Assembly: GCA_963666975.2 (NCBI GenBank)
Contig: CAXVYR010000002.1
Location: 96,001-160,000, forward strand
Source of the DNA: Terriglobia bacterium
GTDB taxonomy: Bacteria > Acidobacteriota > Terriglobia > 2-12-FULL-54-10
Direction: 5' to 3'
Length of the DNA stretch: 64,000 nt
Positions within the stretch are counted from its first letter, which is position 1. Each line of letters starts with the position of its first letter. The translations under genes and the position numbers were made by a program. The notes under the pieces were generated by a model. The model was given only the letters and a program-made list of their open reading frames with translations, was not told the origin of the DNA and did no database searches. Below are positions 59,152 through 64,000 of this stretch, piece after piece.

Positions 59152-59460
59152 ATGCCGCCTGTCACACCAGTACATTATTTATTCTTGAGCACGGCCCTGT
59201 TCACCATCGGGGTGATCGGCGTGCTCACGCGGCGGAATGTGATTATTATCTTGATCTCCATTGAGTTGATCTTTAACGCCGTCAACATCAATCTGGTGTT
59301 CTTTTCCAGCCTGTTTGCCTCTGTCTCGGGACAGACCTTCGCCATTTTTGTGATCGTGGCCGCGGCGGCGGAGGCGGCGGTGGGGCTGGGCATCATCATC
59401 GCCTTGTACCGAAACAAGGAAACCGTCAACGCGGACGAAATCGACTTGATGAAGTGGTAA
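59152..59460 (+). CDS. nuoK: NADH-quinone oxidoreductase subunit K
   Basis: RRN.I...IE...NA.N, GQ.FA.F and AAAEAAVGL. Confidence 0.95.
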   Translation: MPPVTPVHYLFLSTALFTIGVIGVLTRRNVIIILISIELIFNAVNINLVFFSSLFASVSGQTFAIFVIVAAAAEAAVGLGIIIALYRNKETVNADEIDLMKW

Positions 59461-59528
59461 AAAACGCTGAAATGGTGATGAAACGCCAAAACGGTGAAGA
59501 ACAAAACTGGTAAAGAAATAGTCGCGCA

Positions 59529-61577
59529 ATGAACTTCCTCGAATCCATCTGGATGATCCCGCTGTTCCCTCTGGGCGGCGCCTTGGTCATGTTGTTTTTC
59601 GGCAAGAGGCTTCCCAATAAACTGGTCAGCCTGATCTGTCCCGGAACGGTCCTGGTCTCTTTTCTGGTTGCCCTCGGTGCCGTGTGGCAGCTCGCTTCGC
59701 TGGCCGAGCGAAGATTTGAAACGGTCCTCTACACATGGGTTCCGGGAGCGCTGTTCCACATGACGAACGGCCAGGAATCTCAGTTGCAGGCCGATTGGGG
59801 CTTCCTGCTTGATCCGCTCTCGGCCGTCATGGTGCTGGTGGTCACCGGAGTCGGTTTCCTGATTCACGTCTATTCGGTCGGCTACATGGCCCACGAAGAC
59901 GGTTTCTACCGTTTCTTTGGATACATGAACCTGTTCATGTTTTCCATGCTTACGCTGGTGCTGGCCAACAATTACCTACTCCTGTTTGTGGGCTGGGAGG
60001 GAGTGGGGCTCTGCTCTTATTTGCTAATCGGGTTTTACTTCCATAAGAAGTCTGCCTCGGACGCGGGGAAAAAGGCGTTCATCGTGAACCGCATAGGGGA
60101 CGCTGGGTTCATCCTCGGCATGTTCTTCATGCTGGCGACGTTTGGTTCCGTCAACTTCGGCAAGGTGAACGAGGCGGCGGTGGAGGTGGCGAACGGCAAC
60201 TTCGCCGTGGAAGGCTCCGTGTTGATGGTGATGACCCTGCTGCTCTTCGTCGGGGCTGTAGGAAAGTCCGCGCAGTTTCCGCTGCACATCTGGCTGCCGG
60301 ACGCCATGGAAGGACCCACGCCGGTCAGCGCCTTGATTCACGCCGCCACCATGGTCACCGCCGGGGTCTACATGGTAGCCCGTTCGAACATGCTGTTCGT
60401 GCTGGCCCCCACAACCATGGCTATTGTGGCCGGTGTCGGCGCCTTCACCGCCATCTTCGCAGCCACCATCGGACTGGCACAGAACGACATCAAGCGGGTG
60501 CTGGCCTACTCCACGGTCAGCCAACTGGGCTACATGGTGATGGCTTGCGGCGTCGGCGCTTTCGGGGCCGGAGTGTTCCACCTTTCGACGCACGCCTACT
60601 TCAAGGCCCTGCTATTCCTGGGCGCAGGCAGCGTGATCCACTCCCTCTCCGGAGAGCAGGACATGCGCAAGATGGGGGGCCTGCGCCACAAGATACCCAT
60701 CACCTACTGGACGTTTCTGTTCGCCTCCCTGGCGATCATCGGGACGCCTCTGTTTTCTGGCTTTTTCAGCAAGGATGAAATTCTCTGGCTGGCATTCTCC
60801 AGCTCGCCCGTTCTCTGGGTGGTGGCGTTCGTGACGGCGGGCCTGACGGCCTTGTACATCTGGCGGCTGGTTTTTCTTACTTTCTTCGGCGAATCGCGCC
60901 TCGACCCGGAGGTTGCCAGCCACGTCCATGAGTCGCCCCGTTCGATGACGATCCCGCTGATGGCGCTGGCCGGCCTCTCGCTCGCCGGCGGATGGATCGG
61001 CTGGCCGCAATTTCTAGGTGGCAGCAATCGTTTTGAGCATTGGCTCGAGCCTGTCTTCGGCCATGCCGCCGAGGTGATGGCCGCCGGGGCCGCTCATGAG
61101 GCGATGCATTCCGTCTTTCAGGAGTGGCTCCTGATGGGGCTCTCGGTGGGGATCGCCGCTTCGGGAGTCTATGCGGCGTATTATTTTGTCATCAAGCGCC
61201 GCGAGGCTGCCGACCGTTTGGTCCAGGCCACCGGCGGCGTTCACCGCGTGCTCCAGAACAAATACTACGTCGATGAGGTCTTTAACGCGGTTTTCGTGGA
61301 CGGTCTCGCGAAGGGGGGCGGCACTGCCTTATGGAAGTTTGACGCCTCTGTAATCGATGGGGGTGTCAACGGCGCTGCCTGGCTGACCCGATTCACCTCC
61401 ACCCTCTCGATCTGGTGGGACACATGGGTGGTGGACGGAGCGGTCCGGCTGAGCGCCTTCATGGTAAAGGTGACCTCTTACCCGGTGCGCCTCCTGCAAA
61501 CAGGGCTGCTGCAGGCTTACGCATTGTTTATTGTGCTCGGAGTATTGATCTTTTTTAGCTACTACCTGCTGCGCTGA
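59529..61577 (+). CDS. nuoL: NADH-quinone oxidoreductase subunit L
   Basis: GWEGVGLCSYLLIGF, KSAQFPLH.WLPDAMEGPTPVSALIHAATM and DIKRVLAYST.SQLG. Confidence 0.96.
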   Translation: MNFLESIWMIPLFPLGGALVMLFFGKRLPNKLVSLICPGTVLVSFLVALGAVWQLASLAERRFETVLYTWVPGALFHMTNGQESQLQADWGFLLDPLSAVMVLVVTGVGFLIHVYSVGYMAHEDGFYRFFGYMNLFMFSMLTLVLANNYLLLFVGWEGVGLCSYLLIGFYFHKKSASDAGKKAFIVNRIGDAGFILGMFFMLATFGSVNFGKVNEAAVEVANGNFAVEGSVLMVMTLLLFVGAVGKSAQFPLHIWLPDAMEGPTPVSALIHAATMVTAGVYMVARSNMLFVLAPTTMAIVAGVGAFTAIFAATIGLAQNDIKRVLAYSTVSQLGYMVMACGVGAFGAGVFHLSTHAYFKALLFLGAGSVIHSLSGEQDMRKMGGLRHKIPITYWTFLFASLAIIGTPLFSGFFSKDEILWLAFSSSPVLWVVAFVTAGLTALYIWRLVFLTFFGESRLDPEVASHVHESPRSMTIPLMALAGLSLAGGWIGWPQFLGGSNRFEHWLEPVFGHAAEVMAAGAAHEAMHSVFQEWLLMGLSVGIAASGVYAAYYFVIKRREAADRLVQATGGVHRVLQNKYYVDEVFNAVFVDGLAKGGGTALWKFDASVIDGGVNGAAWLTRFTSTLSIWWDTWVVDGAVRLSAFMVKVTSYPVRLLQTGLLQAYALFIVLGVLIFFSYYLLR

Positions 61578-61637
61578 CGCAACGGGAACCAGGGCAACTC
61601 CGCAAGGCGGCTAAATCCGAACAAGGACTGAAAGAAA

Positions 61638-63266
61638 ATGACTTGGATTCACGATCATATTTTAACCGTTGTGCTCTTCGTTCCCTTGGCAGGAGCCATC
61701 CTGTTGATGTTCCTTCCCAAGGAGAACAAAAACGGGGTCCGCTGGGCGGCGAACCTAACCGCTTTCCTCGGATTCCTGGTCTCGGTGCCGTTGGTTTTCT
61801 GGTTTGACAGCTCGGTCGGCGAATTCCAGTTTGTCGAAAAAGTGGAGTGGATTCCCTCCATCGGGGCCAACTACTCGCTCGGCCTGGACGGCATCAGCCT
61901 GCTGCTGGTCATGCTGACCACCGTGCTGGGATTTATCGCCATCCTTTCCTCTTGGACGTCTGTCAACGAGCGGCTAAAGGAATACTACTTCTTCCTGCTG
62001 CTGTTGCAGACGGGGATGCTGGGCGTTTTCATGACGCTCGACTTCTTCCTCTTCTACGTTTTCTGGGAAGTGATGCTGGTCCCCATGTACTTCCTCATCG
62101 GGATCTGGGGCGGCGCCCGCAAGCTCTACGCCGCCATTAAGTTCTTCCTCTACACCTTGGTCGGCTCCGTGCTGATGCTGCTCGGCATTCTGGCCATCTA
62201 CTTCACCAACCGGGACCAAACCGGAGAAGCCACCTTCGATATCGTGACCCTGCAGAACCTCAACCTCCCGGAGAACCTGCAACTGTGGATCTTTTTCGCC
62301 TTCTTCGTGGCATTCGCCATCAAGGTCCCCATGTTCCCCTTCCATACGTGGCTGCCGGACGCCCACGTCGAGGCTCCCACGGCGGGGTCGGTGATCCTGG
62401 CCGGTGTCTTGCTGAAGATGGGCACCTACGGGTTCGTCCGTTTTTCGCTGCCCATGCTTCCTGACGCATCCAGTCATCCGGCGGTAGTGAAGTTCATGAT
62501 GACGCTTTCCATCGTCGCCATCATCTACGGGGGGCTGGTTTCTCTGATGCAGAAGGACTGGAAAAAACTGGTGGCGTATTCCTCGGTCAGCCACATGGGA
62601 TTCATCACCCTGGGAATTTTTGCCCTGAACCCGAACGGCCTCTCCGGCGGCATTCTCCAGCAGATCAACCACGGCATCTCCACCGGCGCGCTCTTCTTGA
62701 TCGTGGGGATTATTTATGAAAGGCGGCACACGAGGGAGATCTCCGAATTCGGCGGCCTCTCGAACGTGATGCCCGTCTATGCAACGCTGTTTCTGATCGT
62801 GGCGATGTCGTCGCTGGGACTTCCGACCCTGAATGGGTTCATCGGGGAGTTTGTAATCCTGCAAGGGGCCTTTGAGGAAAATTGGGTCTGGGCCGCATTC
62901 GGCGTGACCGGCATCATTCTGGCCGCAGCTTACCTGCTGTGGCTCTACCAGCGAACCATGTTCGGACCGCTCGACAACCCCAAAAACAAGAACCTGAAAG
63001 ACGTGAATTTCCGCGAGATGATGACGCTGGCGCCGCTCATCATCCTGGCATTCTGGATCGGCCTGTATCCCAAGCCGTTCTTCCGTATCCTGGAACAGCC
63101 GGTGGCCAAGATCGTCGAGCGCGTGCGGCCCGCATACTACGCCGCCCACCCGGACGCTTTCGGCGCGCCTGCCCGGCTGAATGCGGCGGCCCAGCCTGCG
63201 GCTTCTCTGGAAACAGAGGCGGCAGCGGTTCGCTCCGCAAAGAAAAGGGCCCGGGCAAGCAGATAA
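61638..63266 (+). CDS. nuoM: NADH-quinone oxidoreductase subunit M
   Basis: FYVFWE..L.PM, K.P.FP.HTWLPDAHVEAPT and KKLVAYSS.SHMG. Confidence 0.96.
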   Translation: MTWIHDHILTVVLFVPLAGAILLMFLPKENKNGVRWAANLTAFLGFLVSVPLVFWFDSSVGEFQFVEKVEWIPSIGANYSLGLDGISLLLVMLTTVLGFIAILSSWTSVNERLKEYYFFLLLLQTGMLGVFMTLDFFLFYVFWEVMLVPMYFLIGIWGGARKLYAAIKFFLYTLVGSVLMLLGILAIYFTNRDQTGEATFDIVTLQNLNLPENLQLWIFFAFFVAFAIKVPMFPFHTWLPDAHVEAPTAGSVILAGVLLKMGTYGFVRFSLPMLPDASSHPAVVKFMMTLSIVAIIYGGLVSLMQKDWKKLVAYSSVSHMGFITLGIFALNPNGLSGGILQQINHGISTGALFLIVGIIYERRHTREISEFGGLSNVMPVYATLFLIVAMSSLGLPTLNGFIGEFVILQGAFEENWVWAAFGVTGIILAAAYLLWLYQRTMFGPLDNPKNKNLKDVNFREMMTLAPLIILAFWIGLYPKPFFRILEQPVAKIVERVRPAYYAAHPDAFGAPARLNAAAQPAASLETEAAAVRSAKKRARASR

Positions 63267-63282
63267 AACTAGAAGATAAAAA

Positions 63283-64000
63283 ATGTTCAGTGAATATTTC
63301 TCGGCTGTAGATTTCCTGCTCCTGAAGCCGGCCATCCTGCTCACGATCTTCGGGATTGGCGTCATGCTGACGGACCTTCTGCTGGACGAGCGCCAAAAGC
63401 ATTTCAACGCCGTCACCGCCCTGGTGGGGATTGGGTTTGCAGCCGTGCAGATGTTGCGGATTCAATCCCAGATGCGGGAAGCCGGGGTCAGTGAAGTGGA
63501 AGCCTTCCGCGGCGCCATCGTCCTGGACGGACTGGGAATCTTCTTCATCTGGCTTTTCCTCATATCTACCGCCATCACCATCCTGATTTCGTTCCGCTAT
63601 CTGGAGATTGAAAACGAGCATCACGGCGAATATTACGCCATCATGCTGTTCGCGACCGTGGGGATGATCTTCCTCGCCATCGGGATGGACCTGATCACTT
63701 TGTTCATCGGTCTGGAGCTGATGGCGGTCTCCATTTATATCCTCGCCGGGTTCTTGCGGGGCGACCGGCGTTCCAATGAAGCGGCCATGAAATACCTGCT
63801 GCTCGGGGCCTTTTCCTCCGGTATTTTGATCTACGGCATGTCGCTGCTCTACGGCATGAGCAACTCCACCAACCTGCGGGAGATCGGCTCGGCGCTGTCC
63901 CAAAGGCCGCTGGGCGACCCGCTGGTGATTATGGCTGTGGTCACCATCGCGGCAGGCCTTTTCTTTAAGATCGGCGCCGTGCCCTTCCACCAGTGGGTGC
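63283..64000 (+). CDS. nuoN: NADH-quinone oxidoreductase subunit N, 3'-truncated by the window edge
   Basis: MFSEYFSAVDFLLLKP..., GEYY, LELM, SNEAAMKYLLLG and FKIGAVPFHQW. Confidence 0.92.
   Translation, partial: MFSEYFSAVDFLLLKPAILLTIFGIGVMLTDLLLDERQKHFNAVTALVGIGFAAVQMLRIQSQMREAGVSEVEAFRGAIVLDGLGIFFIWLFLISTAITILISFRYLEIENEHHGEYYAIMLFATVGMIFLAIGMDLITLFIGLELMAVSIYILAGFLRGDRRSNEAAMKYLLLGAFSSGILIYGMSLLYGMSNSTNLREIGSALSQRPLGDPLVIMAVVTIAAGLFFKIGAVPFHQWV

Overview
GC-rich bacterial chromosomal segment, most likely Acidobacteriota (Solibacter-type C-terminal domain, Acidobacterial VWA, TolC and TPR proteins, nuo gene order). Most of the window is housekeeping or metabolic: tsaC, csp, an aromatic-acid CoA ligase, Fe-S and molybdenum-cofactor genes, msrP, rsmB, suhB, coaE, nfeD-stomatin, rfbB and a nuoC-D-H-J-K-L-M-N operon. 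It also has tRNA-Gln(CTG) followed by a decayed island with an IS3 element, an IS1595/IS1016-type remnant, a hicB-hicA pair beside an attC-like cassette, several REP/REPIN-like repeats and many short tandem duplications. The strongest signal is at 9208-12067. A B12-binding radical SAM gene has an apparent TGA stop inside a C-U-A-E-P motif with a SECIS-like hairpin directly behind it, so it is probably a selenoprotein that the ORF track truncates. It is followed by an ATP-grasp ligase, which suggests an uncharacterised biosynthetic or metalloid-handling system. All calls come from reading the sequence by eye; no searches were run.
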